From Eledone cirrhosa (Eukaryota): 53,201 bases of DNA. The notes under the pieces were generated by a model. It was not told the origin of the DNA and made no database searches. It worked only from the letters and a program-made list of their open reading frames with translations. The DNA lies in NCBI GenBank assembly GCA_964016885.1, contig CAXHJY010001065.1, positions 1-53,201 of the forward strand, in the 5' to 3' direction. Shown here piece after piece: positions 16,261 through 29,514 of the stretch; position 1 is the stretch's first letter; every line of letters begins with the position of its first letter. Position numbers and translations under genes: made by a program.

Positions 16261-16433
16261 TGAGATTCTACAGGACTAGAACTGTTTCATTCTTTAGAAA
16301 TCAGATTCCTGATGATTTCTAAAGAATGAAACAGTTCTAGTCCTGTAGAATCTCATCTATATTAAAACTTTTATACTCTGCTATGTATTGAGTACCTTAC
16401 TTACTGTGGTTACCTCCGATTCAACCCGGAATA
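16253..16433 (+). mobile_element. Family B fold-back element (Penelope-like terminus)
   Basis: Perfect inverted repeat of about 51 bp (16253-16303 / 16313-16363), GTATTGAGTAC at 16385, TA-flanked. Confidence 0.8.
16304..16352 (+). ncRNA. Type I hammerhead ribozyme (family B)
   Basis: GATTC CTGATGA tttctaaagaat GAAACAG ttctagtc CTGT A GAATC; predicted cleavage after 16347. Confidence 0.8.
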
Positions 16434-16505
16434 ACGTATATATATATATATATATATATTCACACACACACACACATATATATGTATATATGTGTGTCTG
16501 TGTGT

Positions 16506-16625
<120 letters not shown>

Positions 16626-16850
16626 GTGTGCGTGTGTGTTCTATTGAGTATTTATTGTTATTTTTCTTTCTGTTGTCTCTCCACACGTTGTCTGTGTCTT
16701 CTGTCCATAATCCTTTGAAGACTAAATTCCTAACTGCCACCCTGGGACATGAAACCAATTCTGTGTCATTGAGTGTTGCTCGAGCTCACTCAGATATGTC
16801 AACGTGTCTTGCTTTCGTACAACTATGAATTCGATAACTTATATATCATT

Positions 16851-16950
16851 GAGGTTTACTTTGCCTCTCATCCTTACGGGGTCGATAAAATAAAGTACCA
16901 GTAATGCACTGGGTAATTGCTGGCCTTGTGCCTAAAATAGAAACAATTAT
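16851..16950 (+). mobile_element. Nin/Deu-domain SINE, 3' part
   Basis: catccttacggggtcgataaaataaagtaccag plus tail. Confidence 0.8.
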
Positions 16951-17132
16951 ATATCATATATATCATACATATATATATATATCATTGATATATCATACAT
17001 ATTGATAACTTCCATATGTTACACATATATGTGGTGTCTCAACATGACTTCAGTCCAATGAAAAGAGCGTTGAAATTTCAAGAGAATTTGAGAGTTTTCC
17101 ATTAAACCATATATACATTTGTGTATTTATTA

Positions 17133-17308
17133 TTATTAAGGCTAAACAGCGAGTCTTGTTACTCTGGAGTTTCGCCTGCTCCTCCCGGCTCATCAGACAA
17201 CTAGGCGAAACTTTGAAGTAACAAGACTCGCTATTTAGCCTTAATAAAATGATTATTTAAACTCTACCTCGGTATTGAGTACTCTTTCCTCTCGGCCGTC
17301 AACTGCAT

Positions 17309-17312
<4 letters not shown>
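17133..17312 (+). mobile_element. Family C fold-back element (Penelope-like terminus)
   Basis: Inverted arms 17133-17177 / 17203-17247, GTATTGAGTAC at 17272, ends in (TA)n. Confidence 0.75.
17156..17200 (-). ncRNA. Type I hammerhead ribozyme (family C)
   Basis: Minus strand reads TTGT CTGATGA GCC-gggaggagca-GGC GAAACTC-ca-GAGT A ACAA; canonical core including G10.1-C11.1. Confidence 0.85.
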
Positions 17313-17390
<78 letters not shown>

Positions 17391-17402
17391 TATAGAAAGG
17401 GC

Positions 17403-17447
17403 TTCTACAAGATTAGAACTGTTTCATTCGAAGGAAATCATCAGGAA
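17403..17447 (-). ncRNA. Hammerhead ribozyme in a family B subfamily element (17386-17500)
   Basis: Minus strand reads TTC CTGATGA TTTC-cttc-GAAT GAAACA...TGT A GAA; stems are short. Confidence 0.6.
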
Positions 17448-17497
17448 AAGGATTTCCTGGTGATTTCCTTAATGTGGTTACCCACATTGAACCCGGG

Positions 17498-17628
<131 letters not shown>

Positions 17629-17983
17629 TACACCCCACACTCACTCATATATGCTGTCAAACTGCTTTCATGTTATAGTGTTTCTATTAACCCTTTGCTT
17701 AAACTGTTTCTCACTTTAACGTTTTCTGTTATATTGACAAATTCAACTCACCTTTCTATCTTCACCTGTTCTCCTATCACCTAGCAGCTGTCCTCTCCTT
17801 GTTGTAGTTGTTATTTTGATGTTTGGGGAGGGGTTTTTTTCTCTAGAAAAAATTGGAAATTATTATGTCATTCTCATCTCGGTTTAAACGTTTCTCTGTC
17901 CACACCTGTTCATGTTTAATCAAATACCAGCCAAATAGGATAGAATGCTGTCCCTGTTGTATTTGAACTGCAGAACTAACATT

Positions 17984-18685
17984 TTAACCTTTCCTTTTTA
18001 AACCTGACAACCTGACACCTACTTTGGTTCTACTATACAAATTCTGTTTGTTTTAAAGTGTTTAAATTTATCTAAATTCCTTACATAGTCATTTTAGTTA
18101 AGAACCTCTGTTAAATTATATTGCAAACACCGGCTTGATAATTATTTCTACTTTTGGCACAAGGCCAGCAATTTTAAAGAAAAGGGTGGAAAGTCTATTA
18201 AATCGATCCTAGCGTATTACTGGTACTTTATTTTATCGATCCCGTAAGGATGAAAGGCAAAATTCAACCCGGCAAGATTTGAAATTTGAACTTAGAACGT
18301 AAAGGGCCATAACTCTATGCCGCAAAGCATGTTGTCAGACGCTCTACCGATATTATCAATCCACCGTCCTCATATCAGCTTAATAATGAGACTGTTGGTT
18401 ATATTACTAAATATCTCCAAATTCTTGATTATTTTCAAAATTACTTGAGGTCATAGGTTGTGATTTTCATAAGAAATATGGTAATAAAAGTTTCTACTTT
18501 TGGCACAAGACCAGCGATTACCTCCGTGCATCACTGGTACTTTATTCTATCGACCTCGTAAGGATGAAAGGCAAAGTTAACCTCGGCGGATTTGAACTCA
18601 GAGTCCATAACTATGCTACAGAGCATGGTGTTTGACGCTCTACCGATTCTGCCAATCCACGGCCCTATGGTAAAAAAGGGGTTAA
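17984..18685. mobile_element. piggyBac-type MITE (TTAA-CC(C)TT...AAGGGG-TTAA) carrying two Nin-SINE insertions (18140-18366 and 18490-18661, both minus strand)
   Basis: TTAA-flanked termini; internal sequence matches the reverse complement of about 42620-42880. Confidence 0.6.
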
Positions 18686-18904
18686 AGTAGTTTCAGTTTT
18701 AAGAATTATTTGTCTGTGACCTGACTTATTAACGATATTGGCTCCCTTCTTCAGTACATCTTGCTAACGATACTGGGTCGTTGCTTCGTCACAAGCTAAT
18801 GACTTCAACTATGTAATAACTCATTAGGTGTCATATATGGCTGACCCGACTACTAGTATAGCCTCTTCCTAACAACATTGAATTAGGTTATGTAATAACT
18901 GTTA

Positions 18905-19148
18905 GGATGAGTCATATCTCGGTTCCACAATGTTATGATGAGTCATATCTCGGTTCCACAATGTTATGATGTGTCATATGTAGGTGCCACAATGTTATGA
19001 TGTGTCATATGTAGGTGCTACAATGTTATGATGTGTCATATCTCGGTTCCACAATGTTATGATGTGTCATATCTCGGTGCCACAATGTTATGATGTGTCA
19101 TATGTAGGTGCTACAATGTTATGATGTGTCATATGTAGGTGCTACAAT
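18905..19148. repeat. 31-bp minisatellite, about 8 copies (atgtgtcatatctcggttccacaatgttatg)
   Basis: Directly visible. Confidence 0.9.
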
Positions 19149-19740
19149 CATGACTAAGTCTTACTAACGACATTGGTTTTTTTTATTTCATCACAAGTCA
19201 TCACAAGATAATGGTTTAGGCGAAGTAGTAGCTGTTATCAGGTAAATATCGTGTTGTGTCAGTCATACTAATATTTTGGCTTTCATTTGGTAAGTCTGAC
19301 GGAAGGGACAGTTCCCATGGATTGCACATGCTCTCCTAGACCGGATAGATTGTTCCACGTCCACACGTTTGGGAAAGACAAGAGCAAGGGAGTGGGTGAG
19401 TTTCAGAGGGCCGGTGTTTTAATGAGGAATGACTGGATGGAGTGGTTATTGCAGGACATGGGGGGGTTGGTCCCAACTTGGGTCATGAGAAGAGGAGAGA
19501 TGACAGAGTCCTGTTCTCTCTCCTGTGTTAGGATGAATTACTACGAATAAAAATCCATAAATAATTAAGAATGATTTTAATTTCAATATACTCATGCCTT
19601 ACTAAATTGATAAAATAACAGTAAAACCCCTTCATTTCTAATGAGACAGTCGAGTCAAATGTAAAGATGTAACAGGTAACGGTAGAATCCATTACTCCAA
19701 ATAGTGACAACTGTGCTGTGTAGTTAACACTGTTGAATCC

Positions 19741-19860
19741 TATGACATCCCACCCTCATCACACAATGACATCCCACCCTCATCACACAATAATATCATG
19801 ACATCCCACCCTCATCACACAATAATATCATGACATCCCACCCTCATCACACAATAATAT
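19741..19860. repeat. Tandem repeat of about 32 bp, about 4 copies (atgacatcccaccctcatcacacaataatatc)
   Basis: Directly visible. Confidence 0.9.
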
Positions 19861-20929
19861 CCAATCTCTCTCAAAATTTGAACAGAATGAAAACATATCT
19901 AAGTTCCAGCAAACTGCATCATCACTAATTCCAGCATCATTGTAATCGTCATCATCGTTATTTTCAGGCATTTTCTGCCCTCTGAAAGGTGAATACCTCC
20001 CTAGGGTTGTAGTACCAGTTGTTCCTACCCTGTGCAACTCTCCTTCACCACACAATAATCTTATCGATTTTGTCTCTCTCCAGCTTGTCCTCTCTTTTCC
20101 TCGACTATGTCAACCTGTTATCTCACCTTTCCGTATTCTGCCTCTACTTACTTTTGTCCACCTGTTGTCATATGTTTGTGCCATATGTCCTGTTCATATC
20201 TATTTTCTCTTCTTAATGATTTCTGATGTCTTGTAATTTTGTTTGCTTACGTACTCATTCACACACACAAAAGAAAAGAAAAGAAAACAGCAATACCTAG
20301 AGGGTGGAATAAGCAGACACTTGTAAAACCATTTTGGAAAAATATGCAAATGGAAATATTAAAAGTAACATGAGTCAACGAAGAGAAAAATGTCAGTTTT
20401 ATCTCTTTTGAAACTAAATTACATGAAACTCTGGACCTAACATACAATATTGTTGGTTTTAATGTTTATAGTTGTCCAAAAATTCTTCCATCATAATTTT
20501 ATGTAAAAACCTTTAAGTAACGTTCACCCCACCAAAAAAATGGTAAAGAGAATTCTTGATCGCTTTCAAATTTATTTGAAAATGATAGGCAGTGTTTCTT
20601 TATTTTTAATATGGCATGAAAAAGTTTAAAAGAGCTCAAAATAACTGCCTTAATTTCTGGTATATATTTGGTAAAAAAAATTAATTTTCTTTTGAAGAAA
20701 ATAATTTGTTTAGTGTAACCTCCAAGCACCGCTTCACAATAATAAGGTCCCGAGTTTGATCTTATTAGATGATATATTGGACAAGTGATTGTAACCATAT
20801 TCCCGAGTAAATCGAAGTTTTGTGAGGGAAATTGGTTTGGCAGAATGTCTGAGAATTCTATTAATGGTTCACGTGTTTATGGAATAGTCAGTTACTTACA
20901 TTACACTACAAGAAGGATTGTACGTTTAA

Positions 20930-21225
20930 TTCAAAGTACCAGGCTTCTCACATACTGTACCACGCTGATTCAGGATGGGAAGTACGTAAAGAGTACACGT
21001 GTCTGTTGGAATACTCAGCCGCTTACGCTATTCAAGAAGATGGACTTTACCTGAAATTCAACTGGTCAAGCTTCGTTGCATACGATGTCACTTTGAATCG
21101 CCATGAGAAATACGGTAAGAATACACGTGTCTGTGGAGTGCTCAGTCACTTGCTAGCTAATTTCATTGGTAGGCTATTCCATTGATCGAACAACCAGAAC
21201 ACTTATCGTCAAAACAGACGAAAGA
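20930..21225 (+). mobile_element. Diverged SINE 3' bodies (tacacgtgtctgtggagtgctcag motif, two copies)
   Basis: The motif recurs inverted at about 29310-29410 and 41375-41460. Confidence 0.55.
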
Positions 21226-21384
21226 CATATTCATTTCATAATCGACTTTCCCCTCCCGCAAAATTGCAGGCCTTCTGCCTATATAAGAAATCATTATTTT
21301 AGTACCAGTAACGTACTGGGATCAATTTAATCCTCCAAAAATTGTTGGCCTAAAGTAGAAACAATTATTTGAGTTATATGAAAG

Positions 21385-21770
21385 ACAATTGTTGTTGCTG
21401 TTGTTGTTGCTTACGTAGCTGTTTATATGTTTTAATTGCTGTTGTTGTCTTTATTGTTTAAACGTGTTGTTCTTGTTGCTGTTGTTGTTAGTGTTGTTCA
21501 TGTTTATACGGTTGGTATTATTGTTGTTGTTGTCAGGATAGTTGTTATTCTTGTTGTTGTTGTTGTTTATACAATTGTAGTTATTATTGTTGTTGTTGTT
21601 GTTGTTGATACAATTGTAGATGTTGTTGTTGTTGTTGTTGTTGTTTATACAATTGTAGATATTGCTGTAGTTATTGTTGTTGCTGTTGTTGTTATATATG
21701 AATGTTTTAGTTGTAATCGGAACAGTTGTTGTTGTTATTGTTGTTAAAGCTGTTGTTGTTGTTGTTGTTT
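21385..21770. repeat. (GTT)n imperfect trinucleotide repeat
   Basis: Directly visible; explains the poly-V and poly-N ORFs. Confidence 0.9.
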
Positions 21771-21987
21771 GTGTCCTTTCCGGGTTTAAACCTAATATAT
21801 ACACCGTGTAACAGATGTCGTTCTATCAAATATTTCGGTAGTTTTTAACTGTTGGGAATTCTGAAATGTATAAGAATTTGCGAAATGTCATCCTTGATTT
21901 AGTTGCACATACATGTGACTATACACACACAAACACACACACATACACATACACACATACACATACACACACTCAAACACACACATA

Positions 21988-22038
<51 letters not shown>

Positions 22039-22580
22039 ATGAGTGTTATATATATATAAATATATAATTTGTTGATAAGAGTCATGTTTTTCTCCATCGT
22101 AAATTTCTGTTTATACATATATATATATATATACACACACACACGCACACACACACATATATATAGACACACATATATATATATACACATATATATAGAC
22201 ACACACATATATATATTTAAATAATATATATAATATATATATCATATATATATACATATGTATATATATACACACACACACACATATATATATAATATTT
22301 CTTACATCTTCATTATGTTTTTTATATGTTGTTGTTTTTACAAACAAAACATTAATGACAAAAAGAAAATTAAGAAAAAAGAAAAAAAAAAACATTTCTT
22401 AATATTTCTAATCACCGAAGTATATTGGCTCAGAAATGAGAAGTAATCGATATATTAGCTGATAGCAGTTTTATAATATATGAATGGTAGAGACTGGTGT
22501 AGAACCATAATTATTAAAGAATAGAAGAAAAACAACAACAAACAAAAATATGTATTATTATCATTACAAATTATCCTAAC

Positions 22581-22648
<68 letters not shown>

Positions 22649-22699
22649 ATGTTTATTACGGTATGTCGAATATATTTATCTATAAAACTGTTTATATTG

Positions 22700-22765
22700 T
22701 ATTTTGTCTGATGAAATCATAGCATATTGTTAATATGATATCCCCGAAATATATATAATGAAATA
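22700..22765 (+). ncRNA. Degenerate hammerhead in family F element (about 22645-22808)
   Basis: TATTTTGT CTGATGA aATCATA...TATGATatcccc GAAATA-ta-TAT A ATGAAATA; flanks match the 36316-36480 copy; base of stem II is disrupted. Confidence 0.5.
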
Positions 22766-22803
22766 AATATGGTTTTATAAATATAGTTTTCCATTTATTT
22801 AAT

Positions 22804-22865
<62 letters not shown>

Positions 22866-22877
22866 TAACAGATTAAG

Positions 22878-22926
22878 GTTTAAGCAAAGAATCGCTGCTT
22901 TCACCCTTAACGGGATCTTCTGAAAC
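22878..22926 (-). ncRNA. Hammerhead-like fold with a U4A core change
   Basis: Minus strand reads GTTT CAGAAGA tCCC-gttaa-GGGt GAAAGCA-gcgattctt-TGCT T AAAC; all three stems pair. Confidence 0.55.
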
Positions 22927-22999
22927 TAAAAAAAAATCAATCTGTGAACGCAGAAGTATTTGGATTTTAGTCTTCAAATTTATTATTATTACTATATAC

Positions 23000-23055
<56 letters not shown>

Positions 23056-23139
23056 ACATTTAATATATATATATATGTGTATGTATAAATATTATATGTA
23101 TATATATGGAATAGATAGTTACATACATTCGTACATACA

Positions 23140-23200
<61 letters not shown>

Positions 23201-23368
23201 GTATGTATATATATATATACATGTATGTATATATACACATGTATGTATATATATGTATATATATACATACATTCGAAGACAGGAATGCTCAGCAGACAAT
23301 AAATGTCTATGCCAAACTCCATTTGAAGACATTAACCATAGTACTGGTGACTCTGGGGGTCTTCTGAT

Positions 23369-26300
23369 GTCCCTTCCCTTCAGACATGTTGTCCTAGTGG
23401 ACACTGCAATAGTTCCTTCCCTTCAGACATGTTGTCCTAGTGGACACTGCAATAGTCCCTTCCCTTCAGACATGTTGTCCTAGTGGACACTGCAATAGTC
23501 CCTTCCCTTCAGACATGTTGTCCTAGTGGACACTGCAATAGTTCCTTCCCTTCAGACATGTTGTCCTAGTGGACACTGCAATAGTTCCTTCCCTTCAGAC
23601 ATGTTGTCCTAGTGGACACTGCAATAGTTCCTTCCCTTCAGACATGTTGTCCTAGTGGACACTGCAATAGTTCCTTCCCTTCAGACATGTTGTCCTAGTG
23701 GACACTGCAATAGTTCCTTCCCTTCAGACATGTTGTCCTAGTGGACACTGCAATAGTTCCTTCCCTTCAGACATGTTGTCCTAGTGGACACTGCAATAGT
23801 TCCTTCCCTTCAGACATGTTGTCCTAGTGGACACTGCAATAGTTCCTTCCCTTCAGACATGTTGTCCTAGTGGACACTGCAATAGTTCCTTCCCTTCAGA
23901 CATGTTGTCCTAGTGGACACTGCAATAGTTCCTTCCTATCTGACATGTTGTCCTAGTGGACACTGCAATAGTCCCTTCCCTTCAGACATGTTGTCCTAGT
24001 GGACACTGCAATAGTCCCTTCCTATCTGACATGTTGTCCTAGTGGACACTGCAATAGTTCCTTCCCTTCAGACATGTTGTCCTAGTGGACACTGCAATAG
24101 TTCCTTCCCTTCAGACATGTTGTCCTAGTGGACACTGCAATAGTTCCTTCCCTTCAGACATGTTGTCCTAGTGGACACTGCAATAGTTCCTTCCCTTCAG
24201 ACATGTTGTCCTAGTGGACACTGCAATAGTTCCTTCCCTTCAGACATGTTGTCCTAGTGGACACTGCAATAGTTCCTTCCCTTCAGACATGTTGTCCTAG
24301 TGGACACTGCAATAGTTCCTTCCCTTCAGACATGTTGTCCTAGTGGACACTGCAATAGTTCCTTCCCTTCAGACATGTTGTCCTAGTGGACACTGCAATA
24401 GTTCCTTCCCTTCAGACATGTTGTCCTAGTGGACACTGCAATAGTTCCTTCCCTTCAGACATGTTGTCCTAGTGGACACTGCAATAGTTCCTTCCCTTCA
24501 GACATGTTGTCCTAGTGGACACTGCAATAGTTCCTTCCTATCTGACATGTTGTCCTAGTGGACACTGCAATAGTCCCTTCCCTTCAGACATGTTGTCCTA
24601 GTGGACACTGCAATAGTCCCTTCCTATCTGACATGTTGTCCTAGTGGACACTGCAATAGTTCCTTCCCTTCAGACATGTTGTCCTAGTGGACACTGCAAT
24701 AGTTCCTTCCCTTCAGACATGTTGTCCTAGTGGACACTGCAATAGTTCCTTCCCTTCAGACATGTTGTCCTAGTGGACACTGCAATAGTTCCTTCCCTTC
24801 AGACATGTTGTCCTAGTGGACACTGCAATAGTTCCTTCCCTTCAGACATGTTGTCCTAGTGGACACTGCAATAGTTCCTTCCCTTCAGACATGTTGTCCT
24901 AGTGGACACTGCAATAGTTCCTTCCCTTCAGACATGTTGTCCTAGTGGACACTGCAATAGTTCCTTCCCTTCAGACATGTTGTCCTAGTGGACACTGCAA
25001 TAGTTCCTTCCCTTCAGACATGTTGTCCTAGTGGACACTGCAATAGTTCCTTCCCTTCAGACATGTTGTCCTAGTGGACACTGCAATAGTTCCTTCCTAT
25101 CTGACATGTTGTCCTAGTGGACACTGCAATAGTCCCTTCCCTTCAGACATGTTGTCCTAGTGGACACTGCAATAGTCCCTTCCTATCTGACATGTTGTCC
25201 TAGTGGACACTGCAATAGTTCCTTCCCTTCAGACATGTTGTCCTAGTGGACACTGCAATAGTTCCTTCCCTTCAGACATGTTGTCCTAGTGGACACTGCA
25301 ATAGTCCCTTCCCTTCAGACATGTTGTCCTAGTGGACACTGCAATAGTTCCTTCCCTTCAGACATGTTGTCCTAGTGGACACTGCAATAGTTCCTTCCCT
25401 TCAGACATGTTGTCCTAGTGGACACTGCAATAGTTCCTTCCCTTCAGACATGTTGTCCTAGTGGACACTGCAATAGTCCCTTCCCTTCAGACATGTTGTC
25501 CTAGTGGACACTGCAATAGTTCCTTCCCTTCAGACATGTTGTGCTAGTGGACACTGCAATAGTTCCTTCCCTTCAGACATGTTGTCCTAGTGGACACTGC
25601 AATAGTTCCTTCCCTTCAGACATGTTGTCCTAGTGGACACTGCAATAGTCCCTTCCCTTCAGACATGTTGTCCTAGTGGACACTGCAATAGTTCCTTCCC
25701 TTCAGACATGTTGTCCTAGTGGACACTGCAATAGTTCCTTCCCTTCAGACATGGTGTCCTAGTGGACACTGCAATAGTTCCTTCCTATCAGACATGTTGT
25801 CCTAGTGGACACTGCAATAGTTCCTTCCCTTCAGACATGTTGTCCTAGTGGACACTGCAATAGTTCCTTCCTATCAGACATGTTGTCCTAGTGGACACTG
25901 CAATAGTTCCTTCCCTTCAGACATGTTGTCCTAGTGGACACTGCAATAGTTCCTTCCCTTCAGACATGTTGTCCTAGTGGACACTGCAATAGTTCCTTCC
26001 TATCTGACATGTTGTCCTAGTGGACACTGCAATAGTTCCTTCCCTTCAGACATGTTGTCCTAGTGGACACTGCAATAGTTCCTTCCCTTCAGACATGTTG
26101 TCCTAGTGGACACTGCAATAGTTCCTTCCTATCTGACATGTTGTCCTAGTGGACACTGCAATAGTTCCTTCCCTTCAGACATGTTGTCCTAGTGGACACT
26201 GCAATAGTTCCTTCCCTTCAGACATGTTGTCCTAGTGGACACTGCAATAGTTCCTTCCTATCTGACATGTTGTCCTAGTGGACACTGCAATAGTTCCTTC

Positions 26301-26720
26301 CCTTCAGACATGTTGTCCTAGTGGACACTGCAATAGTTCCTTCCCTTCAGACATGTTGTCCTAGTGGACACTGCAATAGTTCCTTCCTATCTGACATGTT
26401 GTCCTAGTGGACACTGCAATAGTTCCTTCCCTTCAGACATGTTGTCCTAGTGGACACTGCAATAGTTCCTTCCTATCTGACATGTTGTCCTAGTGGACAC
26501 TGCAATAGTTCCTTCCCATCTGACTTGTTGTCATATAGGTCATTACAATTGTCCCTTCCTATCTGACAAATATTCCTAGTGGTCATTGCAATAGTACTTT
26601 CCCATCAGATATGTTGTCGTAGTGGTCATTGCAATAGTCCTTTCCCATCAGATATGTTGTCCTAGTGGTCATTGCAATAGTCCTTTCCCATCAGATATGT
26701 TGTCCTAGTGGTCAGTACAA
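23369..26720. repeat. 43-bp satellite, about 78 copies (gttccttcccttcagacatgttgtcctagtggacactgcaata)
   Basis: Period measured as 23381 to 23424; homogeneous, with the last 5 or so units diverged. Confidence 0.97.
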
Positions 26721-27334
26721 TATGGAATACAGTTAGAAAGATAAAGAAATAACATCTAATAAAGATGAAATTTGTCTTTCATCTTTTTTTCCTTTCCTCT
26801 CTATCACTGGAAGAAATCGACTGTGTTCAGAGCTGGAGAGGTGATGCACTTCACCAGGTATACATTGCTGAAGATGACCCTCAACACTTTGCTAAGACGC
26901 CCTCATGACTCCATCAAGAATTACGGGTCCATACATATTATTTAATTATTTGTTGATTTCTAATTTAGGCACAAGAGCCAGCATATTTGGGAGAGGGGCA
27001 AGGTTAGTTAAATCAACCCTAATTTTTGACTGGTAGTTTATTTTATCGACCCTGAAGTTGGAACCCAACCAACGCCACAGTGTCATTGAGGACCATGTAA
27101 TTAACTTTTGTTGTTCCCACTTAAAGCCAATACAACAATAATAACAACAAGCATTTTAAGAGCATTTTCTCTGCCTAGGCAGGGTTTAGCCTTATTTTTC
27201 TCATAACAGGCCTCATAGTCACCATTGAGTCTTTTTTAATGCAGTTTTACGGCCGGATGCTCTTCCTGGTGTCACCCTCTTTAGTCACCATTTGCGGCAG
27301 GCAGGGATACGGTGTAGCTATTCTATACCGGATA

Positions 27335-27625
27335 CACATAGTATTAAGGTCAAAGTGATAAGAAAAATATAGAAGAAAGAAGACATCTATGGACCATTAA
27401 TGAACTGCCTACAAACTCAGTATCCAAAATACACTTTCACCTTTGTACCCGTTATTATTGGGGCTTACAGGATATGAACGAATCTCTCTAGATTAAAATA
27501 TGGCGGTACTTAGATTCTTGGAGAGAAAAAAGAAACATAGCTTTATTGCTATTTGTAAGTTACAGATGGTCACGTTATCTGAAACAAAAAAAAAATCTGT
27601 GTGACATTCTAGAAATTGTAAAGGT
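27335..27625 (+). pseudogene. R4/Dong-type non-LTR retrotransposon relic, C-terminal restriction-like endonuclease region
   Basis: From 27373: KKEDIYGPLMNCLQTQYPKYTFTFVPVIIGA, then a frameshift, then GY...ICKLQMVTLSETKKIC.TF. This matches the K..KY..L...PIVIGALG...LQK..L.GT.KI pattern. Confidence 0.7.
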
Positions 27626-27689
27626 TAATGGTCACACGAATGATACCACGAGAACGAGACCTCTTCCTTCCGCTTCTTGTGACTATAAT

Positions 27690-28115
27690 TAACCCATTAA
27701 TTAACGTATATTTAATGAAATATACTCTCTTTCAATTAATTAATGCAGAATTTTGAAGGATTTACTCAAATGATTAATTATTTCGTTCCTAATATAATTG
27801 TTTCTACTCTTGGCACAAGCCCAGCAATTATCCCAGTGTATTACTGGTACTTTATTTTATCGAGCCCGCAAGGATGAAAGGCAAAGTTATCCTCGGTGGG
27901 ATTTGAACTCAGACTGTAAAAGGACGTAACTCTATGCTACAAAGCATGGTGTCCGACCCTCTACTGATACTGCCAATCCACTGTTCCTAATATAATACCT
28001 TAACATACGGTTCTTGTGTTGGAAAATATAAATGTATATAGGAAGTGTTTAAAATGAGTGGTTTTCTTTCATAGAATCAGGGTCGGTTTGGGCTGAGTTG
28101 GTGTGAAAGGGGTTA
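27690..28115. mobile_element. piggyBac-type MITE (TTAA-CCC...GGGG-TTAA)
   Basis: TTAA-flanked termini; similar to 42311-42880; contains a SINE insertion. Confidence 0.55.
27795..27982 (-). mobile_element. Full-length Nin/Deu-domain SINE with a 14-bp target-site duplication
   Basis: TSD gttcctaatataat at 27785-27798 and 27983-27996; A and B boxes on the minus strand. Confidence 0.9.
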
Positions 28116-28509
28116 AAACCTCGTCAGTTTGCAGATAGCACTAAACTCTATAAGGGTTTGATGACAGATGAAATAATGGATGAGTGATTCATGATGCAAA
28201 GTAGGGGCGAAGAGTGATTCTTTAGGGCACAAACAATGTACTGGTATACGTAGGTTGTCAACGTCTACAATGTGTGCTGTTGTGGGCTTGCATGTGTTTC
28301 TGCCTGCCTGTATGTGTGTGTGTGTGTGTTGTGTGTGTATGATGTGTGTGTGTGTGTTGTGTGTGTATGATGTGTGTGTGATGTTGTGAGTGTGTATGGT
28401 GTTGTATGTGTATGATGTTGTATGTGTATGATGTGTGTGTGTATGATGTTGTGAGTGTGTGCGTGATGTGTGTGTGTGTGTGTGTATGATGTTGTGTGTG
28501 TGCGTGATG

Positions 28510-28597
<88 letters not shown>

Positions 28598-28799
28598 GTT
28601 GTGTGTGTGCGTGACTGTGTGTTAGTGAAATAATATCAACAATGGGAATGAATATTTAAAATGACTGTAGTAGATTTGTGTAAACCTATCTTCTAACTAT
28701 ACACACACACTCACTCACATACACACTCACACACACACTCATATACACACACGCACACGCACACACACACACACACACACACGCACACACACACACATG

Positions 28800-28830
<31 letters not shown>

Positions 28831-29514
28831 GTATGTATATATATGTATATATATATACACATATGCACACACACACACACACATGTATATATATATATCT
28901 ATATACACACATATGCACACACACATACACGCATACATGTATATATAGTGAGGCTACTGATATGTTTATTGTATATACACGTATAGTATATGTTTTCATA
29001 TACACCCCAATTATGCTTAAACGCTGACTTAGTGCTCCACAAGTGAGCACCGTTTGTGTGTCTTTGTGTGTATGTGTGTGTGTGAGTGAATGTGAGAGAG
29101 AATATCCATGTATGTGTGTGTGTCTGAGGGGGGCGGGAGAGATATTGTGTGTGTTTTTATATGGGAAGTTGTTGTTGTTGTCGTTGTTGTCGTCTATGTC
29201 ATTCCACATTGTTTAAACCGTGTTTTTTTTTTGTTGTTGTTTTTAAGTGACTGTATATTATACGTGAATGGACCTTCTAGTTTTAGTAGTTGGATCACTA
29301 AAATTAACCTGTAAGTGGCTGAGCATTCAGCAGAAATGTTTACCCTTAATGAAATTGTCAGGGAGATTCAGTGTGACGTATGGTGGGATTGGAACTTTGA
29401 ATTACAGGTTCAATTCTTCCGATGGGCCTCCAAACATTGTCCTCTCTATCCTGTTTCACTTAAAATTCGTGGGTCCACTTCGAACCTATGGTAAAAAAAA
29501 AAAAAAGCTCCTAA

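Noticed and set aside
19828-20055. 75-aa minus-strand ORF with an acidic stretch
   Set aside because: No recognisable domain or convincing splice sites, and it ends in a tandem repeat.
23369-26720. CRISPR-like array (hairpin-containing repeat of about 40 bp)
   Set aside because: Units are directly head to tail with no unique spacers, there are no cas genes, and the context is eukaryotic.
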